The notes under the pieces were generated by a model that saw only the letters and a list, made by a program, of their open reading frames with translations, did no database searches and was not told where the DNA came from. The position numbers and the translations under genes were made by a program. DNA of 63,045 nt, the filler included. It is 4 parts of 4 records of this genome, joined end to end, with 100 filler letters (N's around TTAATTAATTAA, not from the genome) between each part and the next. Parts side by side here need not be neighbours in the genome. Positions count along the whole stretch, not along the records: positions 16,951 to 38,318 come from SRR2962707_4849; 3 more parts are not named here. The stretch is one strand, 5' to 3'. Within the stretch, counting starts at the first letter, position 1; every line of letters begins with the position of its first letter. Positions 18,713 through 29,904 of this stretch are shown here, in pieces.

Positions 18713-20827
18713 ATGAGACGCAAAGCTTTACCCCTGCCGCTGGCCCTGGGGTTGATGGCCGGTGCCACCCTGGCCGCTCTGCCAGCCTCGGCGCAACAGA
18801 ACGACAACACCGACGACCAAGCGCCCCGGCAACCCTCCCATCAGTTGGATGCGGTCCAGGTGTCCGCGCTGCCTTTTGACGAGGACGCCGCCAGCGGCGC
18901 CTCATCGTTCGGATTGCTGGAGGACAGTCTGCTGTTCCAACGCAGCAACGCCACCCTCGGTAACACGCTGGAAGGATTGCCAGGGGTTCATTCCGACACC
19001 TTCGGCGGTGGCTCCAGCCGCCCGGTGATCCGCGGCCAGGGGGCGCCACGGGTAAGCGTGCTCTCCGATGGCGCCCGTCTGTTCGACGCCTCCGATATCT
19101 CCCCGGACCACGCCACCACGGTGGAGCCCATGCTCGCCCGCAAGGTGGAGGTACTGCGCGGCCCGTCCACCCTGCTCTATGGCGGCGGCGCCATCGGCGG
19201 CGTGGTCAACGTCCTGGACGACAAGATCCCCACCCGCATGCCGGACCGTCCGGTGGAGGGCTTTGTAGCCGTCCGCGGCAATACGGTGGCTAACGAGAAG
19301 GCCGGTGCCGCCGGCATCACCGCCCGCGCCGGCGACCATTTCGCGGTGCACGTGGAAGGCTCACGGCGCCGCGCCGACGACTATGAAGTGAATGGCTTCA
19401 CCGTGCCCGACATCGATGGCACCTACGCCGACAGTGACAATGTCAGTGTCGGCGCTTCCTGGATCGGCGAGCGTGGCTACCTGGGCATGGCGTATTCCTA
19501 CCGCAGCGACATCTACGGTCTGCCCGGCCACAGCCATGAATTCGAGGGCTGCGGCGCCAACGGCGATCAGTTGGAGTGTGACGGGGACGGCCATGACCAT
19601 GATCACGAGCATGGTGCCCACGAAGCGCCCTTCGTCGATCTGGACGCCCGCCGTATTGATCTGCGCGGGGAATACCGGCAGCCGCTGCCCGGCATTGAGA
19701 AGGTCAAGGTGCGTTCCAGCCACACCGACTATCGTCACCATGAAATCGAGGAAGGGGAAGTGGGCACCACTTTCCGTCACAAGGGCTATGAAACCCGGGT
19801 GGAGGCGGAGCACGCGCCGATTGGCGGCTGGCACGGCGTGGTCGGCTTCCAGTACGCCGATCACCAGTTCAACACCCAGGGCACCGAAGCCCTGATGCCA
19901 AAGACCGACACCGAAACCCTTGGGGTATTCGCGGTGGAGCACTACCGCTTCTCCGAACAATGGCATCTGGAAGTGGGCGCCCGCCACGAGCACCAGCGCC
20001 TGGATCCAGTGGAAGATCCGCTCGATCGCCCCTCTTACAGCGATTCCGCCAATTCACTTTCGGCGGCGCTGACCTGGGCCTTCCGGCCGGACTACAACGT
20101 GTCGCTGTCCGCCACCCGCGCCCAGCGCATGCCCCATGCCCAGGAGATGTACGCCCGTGGTGTTCACCTGGCCACCAACACCTATGAGTGCGGTCTGGTT
20201 TCCAGCAGCTACACCTGTGGCGCACCCGGTGACGATTCCGCCATCCATAAGGAAACCTCGCGCAACATTGGCCTTAACCTGCGCAAGATCCGTGGCGACC
20301 TCACCTTTGATATCGGTCTGTTCCACAACCAGGTGGACAACTATATCTACGCCCGCACCCTGGATCAGATCGAGGAATTCCGCCTGATCAAGTACACCCC
20401 GGACGATGTGGAGTTCACTGGCGCGGAAGCGGAGATGCGCTATCAGTGGACCCCACGCTGGTCCACCACGGTATTCGGCGACATCGTCAAGGCCCAGTTC
20501 AGTCGCGGCGGCAACGAGCTGCCACGAATCCCAGCGAAGCGCCTGGGCGGCCGCGTCAACACCTACTGGCGGGCGTTCGACGGTGAGCTGGAGTTCTATC
20601 GGATGTTCCCGCAGAACGACATCGCCGGCTACGAAAGCCGTACTCCCGGCTACGACATGCTCAACGCCACCCTCAGCTACACCCTGGAAGGGGCCCAGCG
20701 CTACAGCGTTTATCTGCGCGGCAGCAACCTGCTGGGCGAGGAAGTGTGGAACCACACCTCCTTCCTGGCCCGCACCGTGCCGGAGCCGGGCCGCAATCTG
20801 ACCGTCGGCATGCGCATGGAATTCTGA
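18713..20827 (+). CDS. TonB-dependent receptor, ZnuD-like zinc/metal uptake
   Basis: Signal peptide, plug motifs SSRPVIRG / SPDHA / EVLRGPSTLLYGGGAIGGVVN, His-rich loop GHSHE...GHDHDHEHGAHE, NHTSFL, terminal Phe. Confidence 0.9.
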   Translation: MRRKALPLPLALGLMAGATLAALPASAQQNDNTDDQAPRQPSHQLDAVQVSALPFDEDAASGASSFGLLEDSLLFQRSNATLGNTLEGLPGVHSDTFGGGSSRPVIRGQGAPRVSVLSDGARLFDASDISPDHATTVEPMLARKVEVLRGPSTLLYGGGAIGGVVNVLDDKIPTRMPDRPVEGFVAVRGNTVANEKAGAAGITARAGDHFAVHVEGSRRRADDYEVNGFTVPDIDGTYADSDNVSVGASWIGERGYLGMAYSYRSDIYGLPGHSHEFEGCGANGDQLECDGDGHDHDHEHGAHEAPFVDLDARRIDLRGEYRQPLPGIEKVKVRSSHTDYRHHEIEEGEVGTTFRHKGYETRVEAEHAPIGGWHGVVGFQYADHQFNTQGTEALMPKTDTETLGVFAVEHYRFSEQWHLEVGARHEHQRLDPVEDPLDRPSYSDSANSLSAALTWAFRPDYNVSLSATRAQRMPHAQEMYARGVHLATNTYECGLVSSSYTCGAPGDDSAIHKETSRNIGLNLRKIRGDLTFDIGLFHNQVDNYIYARTLDQIEEFRLIKYTPDDVEFTGAEAEMRYQWTPRWSTTVFGDIVKAQFSRGGNELPRIPAKRLGGRVNTYWRAFDGELEFYRMFPQNDIAGYESRTPGYDMLNATLSYTLEGAQRYSVYLRGSNLLGEEVWNHTSFLARTVPEPGRNLTVGMRMEF

Positions 20828-20914
20828 GACCGGCCGGGCCCTCAAAGGGCCCGGAGCGCCCCATTACCGAAACGCTATAACGTCATAAAATCGCAACGAA
20901 TTCAGGAACGACAC

Positions 20915-22231
20915 ATGAACAGCTCATTGCACTCCGCCCTGCCCCGCCTCGGCGCCTTGACCCTGGCCCTGCTGCTGGCCGCCTGTAACAACGACACCGG
21001 CAGCACCACCCTGCCCGGCGGCGACGATGATCACGACCATGACCACGAGGAGACGGCCGGCCGTCTGGTGTTCACCCAGGCCGCGGGCAGTAACTCCCGC
21101 GTTTACGTGTACGATCTGGAACAACAGGCCACCATCGCCGATTTCGCTCTGACCTATCCGGCCACGGCACTGCATACCAGCCCCGGCGGCCGTTACGCCG
21201 TGATCATGCAACGTGACAATGATCAGGTGCAGATTCTGGATGGCGGTATCTGGCTGCACGAAGACCATGTCGACACCGGCACTCCCGGGCTCAGCGCCTT
21301 AACACTGCTTGGCGTTAAGCCCACCCATTACCGCGGCAACGACGGCCTCGGCACGGTGTTTTTCGACGGAGACGCCGCCACCGGTTCCCAGTTCCAGCTA
21401 TTCAGTGACAGCAGCCTGGAAAATGACGACGTCATCGCCTCTCACACTCTTGAGCAAGCGCACCACGGCATCGCCGAACCGCGCGGCGAGTGGGTACTGA
21501 GCAGTAACGTCAGCGACGGAGCGAGCGCTGCCGACGGCATCGCGCTGTATCACCTGCACGGCGATCACTTCCATGCCGAGGGCACCCTGGCCACCGCCTG
21601 CCCGGGACTTCATGGCGGCGCCTCCAACACCACCCATTCCGTATTCGGTTGCGAGGATGGTGCACTGGTGGCGGAGCTGCACGGTGACCATTTTCACGAT
21701 CACAAGGTCACCGCACCGGAACGTCTGGCGACAATCCTGGGCAGTCCCGATCTGGCCGATTTCGCCGCCCTCTCCTACCCTGGCTATAACCTCTATCGGA
21801 TAGCGCCGGATGCCACCGAAGCCGAGCAGGTGACGTGGCGCGAGAACACCGCCGCCGACGCCAAACCGCTCGCCTACGGCCTGGACCCGCACGGAGAGCA
21901 TCTGGTGCTGCTCGACGATGCCGGCACCCTGCATGTGATCGATACCGCCGAGTGGCACCACCATGGGCAAATCACCGTATTGGATCAGCCCCCGGCCGAC
22001 GGCGCCCCGGCACCGGCTTTGGCCTTCAGCGGCGACGGCCACGAGGTGTTCGTCTCCGACCCGCGGGCCCAGGCCATCCACCGTGTGGAACTGGAGTCCC
22101 TGACCGTGACCACTGAAGTGGCGGATCTCGGTTTCGCGCCGTTGGGGCTCGCCTGGACCGGTGCCGCCGGAGATCATGATGATCATGGCGAAGGGGAAGA
22201 GGAAGAAGGCGAGCACGACCACGAGCATTAA
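20915..22231 (+). CDS. His-rich beta-propeller lipoprotein, AztD-like metallochaperone
   Basis: Lipobox LLAAC, DDDHDHDHEE at the N-terminus, KPTH, HHGIAEPRG, CPGLHG, FGCEDG, two LHGDHFH, His/Glu-rich C-terminus. Confidence 0.75.
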   Translation: MNSSLHSALPRLGALTLALLLAACNNDTGSTTLPGGDDDHDHDHEETAGRLVFTQAAGSNSRVYVYDLEQQATIADFALTYPATALHTSPGGRYAVIMQRDNDQVQILDGGIWLHEDHVDTGTPGLSALTLLGVKPTHYRGNDGLGTVFFDGDAATGSQFQLFSDSSLENDDVIASHTLEQAHHGIAEPRGEWVLSSNVSDGASAADGIALYHLHGDHFHAEGTLATACPGLHGGASNTTHSVFGCEDGALVAELHGDHFHDHKVTAPERLATILGSPDLADFAALSYPGYNLYRIAPDATEAEQVTWRENTAADAKPLAYGLDPHGEHLVLLDDAGTLHVIDTAEWHHHGQITVLDQPPADGAPAPALAFSGDGHEVFVSDPRAQAIHRVELESLTVTTEVADLGFAPLGLAWTGAAGDHDDHGEGEEEEGEHDHEH

Positions 22232-22241
22232 ACGGTAAGCT

Positions 22242-22270
22242 GCGCGGGACATCCGACGTCCCGCGCTTTT
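22242..22270 (+). terminator. Intrinsic terminator of the metal-uptake operon
   Basis: GCGCGGGAC-7 nt-GTCCCGCGC-TTTT. Confidence 0.8.
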
Positions 22271-22296
22271 GAATTTATGGGAGGCCCCAGCGCCCG

Positions 22297-22362
22297 TTCG
22301 CGAGCAAGCTCGCTTCCCGCGGAGGCCACGGAGCCGCCGTGGGAAGCCGCCTCGGCGGCGAA
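22297..22362. repeat. Inverted REP-like doublet
   Basis: Minus-strand GGGAAGCGAGCTTGCTCGCGAA and plus-strand GTGGGAAGCCGCCTCGGCGGCGAA; each is a GGGAA head plus a short palindrome ending CGAA. Confidence 0.6.
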
Positions 22363-22452
22363 TCGGCGTGTTGCGTGTCCAGCCTTTCTTGCGCAGCAAA
22401 CTTCATTACAATGACGGCACTCTATCGTGGTTGTGATGAAAGGATTGTTGTA

Positions 22453-22971
22453 ATGAAGAAAACATGGCTTCTGGCCGTCTGCCTTGTCCTGCCGATGATC
22501 GCCAATGCCAGCGGCTTCGCCGGGTTGGACTACGTGAGCAGCAAAGTGGAACCGGATCGCGGCGGCAGCGCCAAGCCCTCGGCGCTGCAGTTCAAGCTGG
22601 GCACCTGGATCAACCGCACCGAAACCCTGGGCGGCGAAGTACGCATTGGTCTGGGGCTGGATGACGACAGCCTGGGCAATGGCACCAAGGTGGAAATCGA
22701 CCGCCAATACGGCGCCTATTTTCGCGGGCAGTTCCCTAACTCCATGCCGATCCGTCCCTACGGTCTGGTCGGTGTCACCCGGGTGGAAACCACCCATGAC
22801 TATCGCGCCGGCGGCTCCAGTAGCAAGAACTACAGCGATCTATCTCTCGGCTTGGGCGTGGACTTTACCGTCAGCCCCAAGGTTTTTCTGAGTGTGGAGT
22901 ATCTGCGCGCCGTGGACAGCAGTGGCGACGAGGTGAACAACCTGGCGTTCGGCGTCAACGGCCGATTCTGA
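22453..22971 (+). CDS. Small outer-membrane beta-barrel (OmpA-like membrane domain/porin family)
   Basis: Signal peptide MKKTWLLAVC...ANA, alternating strands, PYGLVG, LGLGVDF, terminal Phe. Confidence 0.85.
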   Translation: MKKTWLLAVCLVLPMIANASGFAGLDYVSSKVEPDRGGSAKPSALQFKLGTWINRTETLGGEVRIGLGLDDDSLGNGTKVEIDRQYGAYFRGQFPNSMPIRPYGLVGVTRVETTHDYRAGGSSSKNYSDLSLGLGVDFTVSPKVFLSVEYLRAVDSSGDEVNNLAFGVNGRF

Positions 22972-22984
22972 GGGAATTCGCAGG

Positions 22985-23032
22985 AAAAACAACGGCGGCC
23001 GGTGAGGCTTGCTCCCACCGGCCGCGTTTCTT
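22985..23032. terminator. Probable bidirectional terminator
   Basis: GCGGCCGGTG / CACCGGCCGC 10-bp stem between the convergent OMP and folE2 genes. Confidence 0.6.
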
Positions 23033-23047
23033 GTCAGAAAATCAGCG

Positions 23048-24004
23048 TCACGGAATCGGCAGGTAGCCGCCTTCCACTTCCTTGGTGACGATCGCCACCG
23101 CATTGTGGGCGTGCAGGCTTTCCAGGTGATTCACCCGCAACCAGAAATCGCGGTAGCAGGGTTGAGGATCCAGCGCATGCTTGAGACGGCGCGCCGCGTC
23201 TTCACAGAACATCAGATTCTGGCCATTCAGCAGCGCGAATTCCTGCTCGTCGATACGCTTCACCGCCGTCTGCACCGGCGTCTTCAGCGCCTCTTCGATG
23301 GAGTCGATCAACGCCGTGATCGGGAAGGATTCAGCAGCCTTATCGAGCAGCACCCGAACCTGCGCGATACTGCGCTGGCTATGCGGCGTGGCACGAATGC
23401 CTTCCTCGGTGCCGAGCCACTCGAACACTTCGTCCACATCCACCTTGCCGGACTGAAAGTCCTCGCGGAATTTTTCCTGAATCAACTGACGAGCCAGCGC
23501 CGCGGAACAGGGGCAGGTGGAAGAGTACGGCACTTCCACGTACATCTCGGTGCACAGCCCTTCTTCACCCAGTGACGCCTTGATGCTCACGGTATAGCTC
23601 TTCCAGCCGGCGTAACTGCTCTTGAGCGCCGGGCGGCGCATGGAGTACTCGAAATCGAACTGCACGAAACCACGGGTGCTGAGCCCCTCATGGGTTTCCA
23701 GGAAATTGCCGAGCAGCTGTTCGATGGAAGCCGGGCTCACCGAGTGATCCCCGAAGGTTTCTTCCAGCATCAAATACAGGCGCGACATGTGAATGCCCTT
23801 GGCATCCGGATTGGCCAGATTGACGTAGGCCTGAATGGAGGTACTCACCGGGCGCTCGCCGACCCGGGTATCACTGACCCGTGCGGGCAGGTGAATTTCA
23901 CTCATGCCGACCCAGTCGAGAGTGCCACCGATATGGTCGACCATGGAGTTGGATGCCACATCAGGCATCGCCTTGGTGTTGTCCGCACCGCTTTCGCGCT
24001 TCAT
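23048..24004 (-). CDS. folE2: GTP cyclohydrolase IB (FolE2)
   Basis: [67 protein letters not shown]. The start could be 24004 or the MPDVA Met. Confidence 0.93.
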   Translation of the reverse strand: MKRESGADNTKAMPDVASNSMVDHIGGTLDWVGMSEIHLPARVSDTRVGERPVSTSIQAYVNLANPDAKGIHMSRLYLMLEETFGDHSVSPASIEQLLGNFLETHEGLSTRGFVQFDFEYSMRRPALKSSYAGWKSYTVSIKASLGEEGLCTEMYVEVPYSSTCPCSAALARQLIQEKFREDFQSGKVDVDEVFEWLGTEEGIRATPHSQRSIAQVRVLLDKAAESFPITALIDSIEEALKTPVQTAVKRIDEQEFALLNGQNLMFCEDAARRLKHALDPQPCYRDFWLRVNHLESLHAHNAVAIVTKEVEGGYLPIP

Positions 24005-24359
24005 GGAAATCTCCGATAAGGACGGAACGCGGGATGGCGCTAATCGGATGCCGGGACACAGAATGGCGCCCAACGAATCAGCACTGATGGCAATCCGACT
24101 GTCATCGTCCAATCATTCAGGGGCGCAGAGTGTAGCAGAAACCTTCAGCCAAATAGACCTATTGCTGATGTGAAAATAACCGTGAAAAGCCCTGATTACG
24201 GGCCCATGGCCGTACCGGCGCACGGTGAATTACGACACCGATTGGCACCTGAACGGTTATCCCCTTGAAATATAAAGGGAAAAATACAGACATTATGTTG
24301 GCCGAAGCGCCGGCCCACCCCGGCCAACAGTTTTCGCTCATGACACCGACAGCATCGAC

Positions 24360-25295
24360 CTATGGGTCAAGCGGCTCTTCACCGACCACTGCCTGAAACC
24401 GGGGCAGATCCCGCAACGGCTGGAACATCTCCTCGGCCCGGGCATGCTGGCGCAGCGCGTCCGATTGATTCACCGCCTGCTCCAGATCACGCAGGGCGTT
24501 CTCGATTTCGCCCAGTCCGGCCCAGGCACAGGCGCGCTGGTAGAGCGCATGGGAGTTTTCTTCATCCACCTCCAGCACCCGGTCACACAGACTCAGCGCC
24601 CAACGCTGCTCACCCAGCTCCAGCGCGGCGTCCGCCTTCCATGCCAGCGCTTCCGGATCATCCGGGCGCAATTCCAGGATGCGGTCGTACAGCTCGATTT
24701 TCTCCTTGTAGCTGGGCTCCTTGGAGGCCTTCAGCCACAGGCTGTGAATTTCGTTGGTGCGCTCGATCTCTTCCTGGTTCTCGGCAATGGTGCGGGATTT
24801 CTTGCGCAGCTCCTTCTCCAGATCCGCCAGCCGCGACTCGTATTCCACGGTCAGCCGCGACATCTCCTTCTCGGCGTAAACGCGGATGTTGTCCTTGAGA
24901 TCCCGGATCGTGGACCAGCCCACCAGCGCCAGAATTGAGGCGGCGCCGGCGATCAAATAAAAGAAGTACGTCACCGTGTTGGTGGCGTAGCCCATGGCCT
25001 TGTCCGCCACCTCCAGTTCCCGGTCGGTGACCACTTTGGTCATCTCGTTGCGGTATTCCATCATGTCCTGACGGAGAGAACGCAGTTCACCAAGAATCCA
25101 GTTCTCACGGAACTGGGAAATCACCGGCCCCTTTTCAATCTCGCTTTGCGCCTCGGGCCGGGGCACCCCCTGTGGGTCTTCCGGAACCTGCGGGGTTTGG
25201 GCCTGGACCGCCAGCGGCAACATCAGACAACCGATCAACACACCCACTTTTCCGCCAACACGGCTGAGCCGCTGAAGCAGCGCTTTGCGGAACAC
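24360..25295 (-). CDS. Membrane-anchored coiled-coil TPR protein
   Basis: Signal-like N-terminus, internal TM (YFFYLIAGAASILALVGW), coiled coil, C-terminal TPR motifs. Confidence 0.8.
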   Translation of the reverse strand: MFRKALLQRLSRVGGKVGVLIGCLMLPLAVQAQTPQVPEDPQGVPRPEAQSEIEKGPVISQFRENWILGELRSLRQDMMEYRNEMTKVVTDRELEVADKAMGYATNTVTYFFYLIAGAASILALVGWSTIRDLKDNIRVYAEKEMSRLTVEYESRLADLEKELRKKSRTIAENQEEIERTNEIHSLWLKASKEPSYKEKIELYDRILELRPDDPEALAWKADAALELGEQRWALSLCDRVLEVDEENSHALYQRACAWAGLGEIENALRDLEQAVNQSDALRQHARAEEMFQPLRDLPRFQAVVGEEPLDP

Positions 25296-25318
25296 GATTC
25301 ACCTCTTCCTCTTGCTGA

Positions 25319-26782
25319 TTACTGCCCCTGGGAACCTTCCAACGGGCGACGTTCACCCAAACCGGTGAGGTGCCCCATGGCGAACACCAGCCAGGCGGCG
25401 ACCATCGCCGGAAAAACCTCCGACATGGTCGCATTAAGCCCCGCCAGGCGCCAGCCAACCGCCACCACGGTGGCGGCGACGACCATACTTACCGCCACCG
25501 GCTCACCGGGACGGCCACCCAATGCATAAACCACCAGCAGACTGCCGAACGAAGCACCGAGAATCCCCCAGGCGAACAACACCAGATCAAACACATTCTC
25601 ATTGGCGAACAGAGCGATCCCCAGGGATGCCACCACCACCAGCAGAGTGATGACACGGGCGGTCCCGTAACCGTGCCAACGGCTCGGCATCAGGTCCCGG
25701 GACAGACAGGCACTGCAGCTGAGAATCAGAGAATCCACGGTGGAGATGGTGGCCGCGAACAGCCCCGCCAGCACCAGCCCGGTGGCCACATCCGGCAACA
25801 GTTCCTGGGCCATTACCGGCAATGCCAGTTCCGCGTCCAGCTTGCCGGCGTTCATCACCAGCGACGGGTCAACAACGCCTTGATCCATCAACAGCCGGGC
25901 CATCATTCCGACGCCCACCGCCAGCGTGTAAAAGGCAATGAACCAGGCGTAGTAGTAACAACGGGCCCGGCGCACCGAACGGGGGTTCGCCACCGCCATG
26001 AACCGCACCATGACATGGGGCTGGCCGATCACCGCGGCACCGGCGAACGTCCAACCCACCAGAAACAGCACCGGCCCTTGCCACCCCAGCGTCAGGCTCG
26101 CCTCGGAAAAGAAACGGAAGAAATGATCGGAAACACCATGCAGCCCGGTCCAGGCGGCTTCCCAACCACCGACCATGTACACGGCGGTGCACAACATTAC
26201 CGTCATGGCCACGATCATCACCACCGACTGCGCCGCATCGGTCCAGATCGAGGCACGCAGCCCGCCGGAAAAGCCATAGAACAACACCATCACCGCGCCA
26301 ATGATCGCGCCGGTACGGGTATCCCAGTCGAACAGGGCATGCAGCGCCTTGCCACCGGCCTTGAACTGAGCCGCCGCATAAACCCCCAGCAGCACCACGG
26401 CGATAACCGCCGCCACCGTCTTCAATACTTTGAATTCCGTACCATTCCAGTTGGCCAGCAGTTCCGGAAAAGTAAGGCTGTCCCGCTTCTCCGCGGTCTC
26501 ACGGATACGGCGGGCCACCAGGGTGGAGGCCATCCAGTCGCCCAGAATCCAACCCACCATCATGGTGAACGCCGGCAAACCCGTGGCGTAGGTGTAGCCG
26601 ATCACACCGATGAACATGAAACCTGAATTATTGGTGGCGACAGCGGAAAGTCCGGTCAGGGACGGTGCCACGCCGGAGCCGGCGAGCAGGTAATCGGCCT
26701 GGCTTCGGGAACGCACCAGCACCGAAGCAAAACCGATCAGAAGAAACAACAACATGAAGCCAATGAAGCTCGCCAGAACCAT
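25319..26782 (-). CDS. Sodium/solute (proline-type, SSS family) symporter
   Basis: DYLLAG, LSAVATNNSGFMFIG, GGLRASIWTD, GQPHVMVRFMA, AATISTVDS. Confidence 0.9.
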   Translation of the reverse strand: MVLASFIGFMLLFLLIGFASVLVRSRSQADYLLAGSGVAPSLTGLSAVATNNSGFMFIGVIGYTYATGLPAFTMMVGWILGDWMASTLVARRIRETAEKRDSLTFPELLANWNGTEFKVLKTVAAVIAVVLLGVYAAAQFKAGGKALHALFDWDTRTGAIIGAVMVLFYGFSGGLRASIWTDAAQSVVMIVAMTVMLCTAVYMVGGWEAAWTGLHGVSDHFFRFFSEASLTLGWQGPVLFLVGWTFAGAAVIGQPHVMVRFMAVANPRSVRRARCYYYAWFIAFYTLAVGVGMMARLLMDQGVVDPSLVMNAGKLDAELALPVMAQELLPDVATGLVLAGLFAATISTVDSLILSCSACLSRDLMPSRWHGYGTARVITLLVVVASLGIALFANENVFDLVLFAWGILGASFGSLLVVYALGGRPGEPVAVSMVVAATVVAVGWRLAGLNATMSEVFPAMVAAWLVFAMGHLTGLGERRPLEGSQGQ

Positions 26783-26809
26783 CAGGCGCCTCCCCGAACA
26801 GCCAATTAC

Positions 26810-26836
26810 TTTGACATCTAAATATTATATCTCTAA
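26810..26836. promoter_or_regulatory. Tandem candidate CosR/EctR operators
   Basis: TTTGA-CA-TCTAA (26810-26821) matches the Vibrio CosR pseudo-palindrome as I recall it; a degenerate copy TTATA-TC-TCTAA lies at 26825-26836. Confidence 0.55.
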
Positions 26837-26967
26837 ACTAGCCTACCACTTTGAGCCACGGAGGTCCCGGCCTTGCCGCCTGGTTAGCCGCAAAAACCCC
26901 TTTCAACTCGAAATTGCGTTTTTCTTTTTTCAGTCATATTGATTCGCTATCAAGGCAATAAACGGAC

Positions 26968-27501
26968 ATGGCCAGACACGACGAAGTGTTGATCGCGTTA
27001 CGACAGATTATTCGCGCCACCGATTTGTACTCCCGGAAGTTGAGCAAGGTCGCCGGTCTTACCGCGCCTCAACTGCTGGTATTGCAGGCGATCGAACCCC
27101 ATGGGGAATTGACCATGGGCGATATCGCCAATGAGGTATCAGTGAGCCAGGCCACGGTCACCACCATTCTTGACCGCCTGGAGAAACGGGGGCTGATCGA
27201 ACGCAAACGTGGCGAACAGGACAAACGCCGCGTTTACGCCTCGCTCACCGGCGAGGGCGTCGCTATTCTAGAGCGAGCCCCCACCCCTCTTCAGGAGGAG
27301 TTCATGGCCCGTTTCGAGCAGCTTCAGGACTGGGAGCAGACGTTGATTCTCAGTTCACTGCAACGGGTCGCCGCGATGATGAACGCAGGCGACATCGACG
27401 CTTCACCGGTACTGGATCTGGGCGCCATCGATCGCGCTCAGCCGGTAACCGAGGAACGCCGGAGCCGCCATCGCACCCCTTCCCAAACCGACCAGAAGTG
27501 A
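26968..27501 (+). CDS. MarR-family regulator of ectoine synthesis (CosR/EctR type)
   Basis: LIALRQIIRATDLYSRKL..GLTAPQL..SQATVTTILDRLEKRG..DKRRV..MMNAGDIDASPVL; immediately upstream of ectA. Confidence 0.88.
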   Translation: MARHDEVLIALRQIIRATDLYSRKLSKVAGLTAPQLLVLQAIEPHGELTMGDIANEVSVSQATVTTILDRLEKRGLIERKRGEQDKRRVYASLTGEGVAILERAPTPLQEEFMARFEQLQDWEQTLILSSLQRVAAMMNAGDIDASPVLDLGAIDRAQPVTEERRSRHRTPSQTDQK

Positions 27502-27505
27502 CACC

Positions 27506-29360
<1,855 letters not shown>

Positions 29361-29425
29361 TCCCACTCGTGCTCCCCCGCCCGGGGGAGCACCTTTCTCC
29401 CCTGCCATACTCTGGAGCTACTTTA

Positions 29426-29824
29426 ATGATCGTACGTACTCTGGCGGAAGCCGAGAAAACCGAACGCCGCGTGGTCGCGGAAAATGGTAACTGGCAGTCC
29501 GTGCGGCTGTCCCTGAAGGAAGATGGCATGGGCCACTCCTTCAACATCACCACTATCTTCAAGGGCACCAAGACCCACATCAAATACGCCAACCACTGGG
29601 AATCGGTGTATGTGATCTCCGGTAAGGGCAAAATCGAGATGGTCGAAAGCGGTGACGTCTACGAGCTGACCCCGGGCACCATCTACTTGCTCGACCAACA
29701 CGACGAGCACTACCTGTACGGTGGCGAAAACGAAGACATGGTCGTGGCCTGCGCTTTCACTCCGCCGCTGAGCGGCAAGGAAGTCCACGACGAAAACGGT
29801 GTTTACCCCGCCGACCTGGACTGA
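29426..29824 (+). CDS. ectC: Ectoine synthase
   Basis: MIVRTL, WQSVRL, YANHWESVY, YLLDQHDEH, FTPPLSGKEVHDENGVYP. Confidence 0.96.
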   Translation: MIVRTLAEAEKTERRVVAENGNWQSVRLSLKEDGMGHSFNITTIFKGTKTHIKYANHWESVYVISGKGKIEMVESGDVYELTPGTIYLLDQHDEHYLYGGENEDMVVACAFTPPLSGKEVHDENGVYPADLD

Positions 29825-29904
29825 CTTTCCCGCCAGCCCCGATCCGGCGCGCGGTTCCGCGCGCCAATCATGGCATTGCCCCTCACCATGCGTATAATCG
29901 GGGC

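Noticed and set aside
20870-20895. Second Zur box before the His-rich lipoprotein
   Set aside because: CGCTATAACGTCATAAAA has only one partial half-site and is not palindromic.
26939-26953. FNR box before the MarR gene
   Set aside because: Spacing is TTGAT-N5-ATCAA rather than N4; more plausibly a MarR-type operator.
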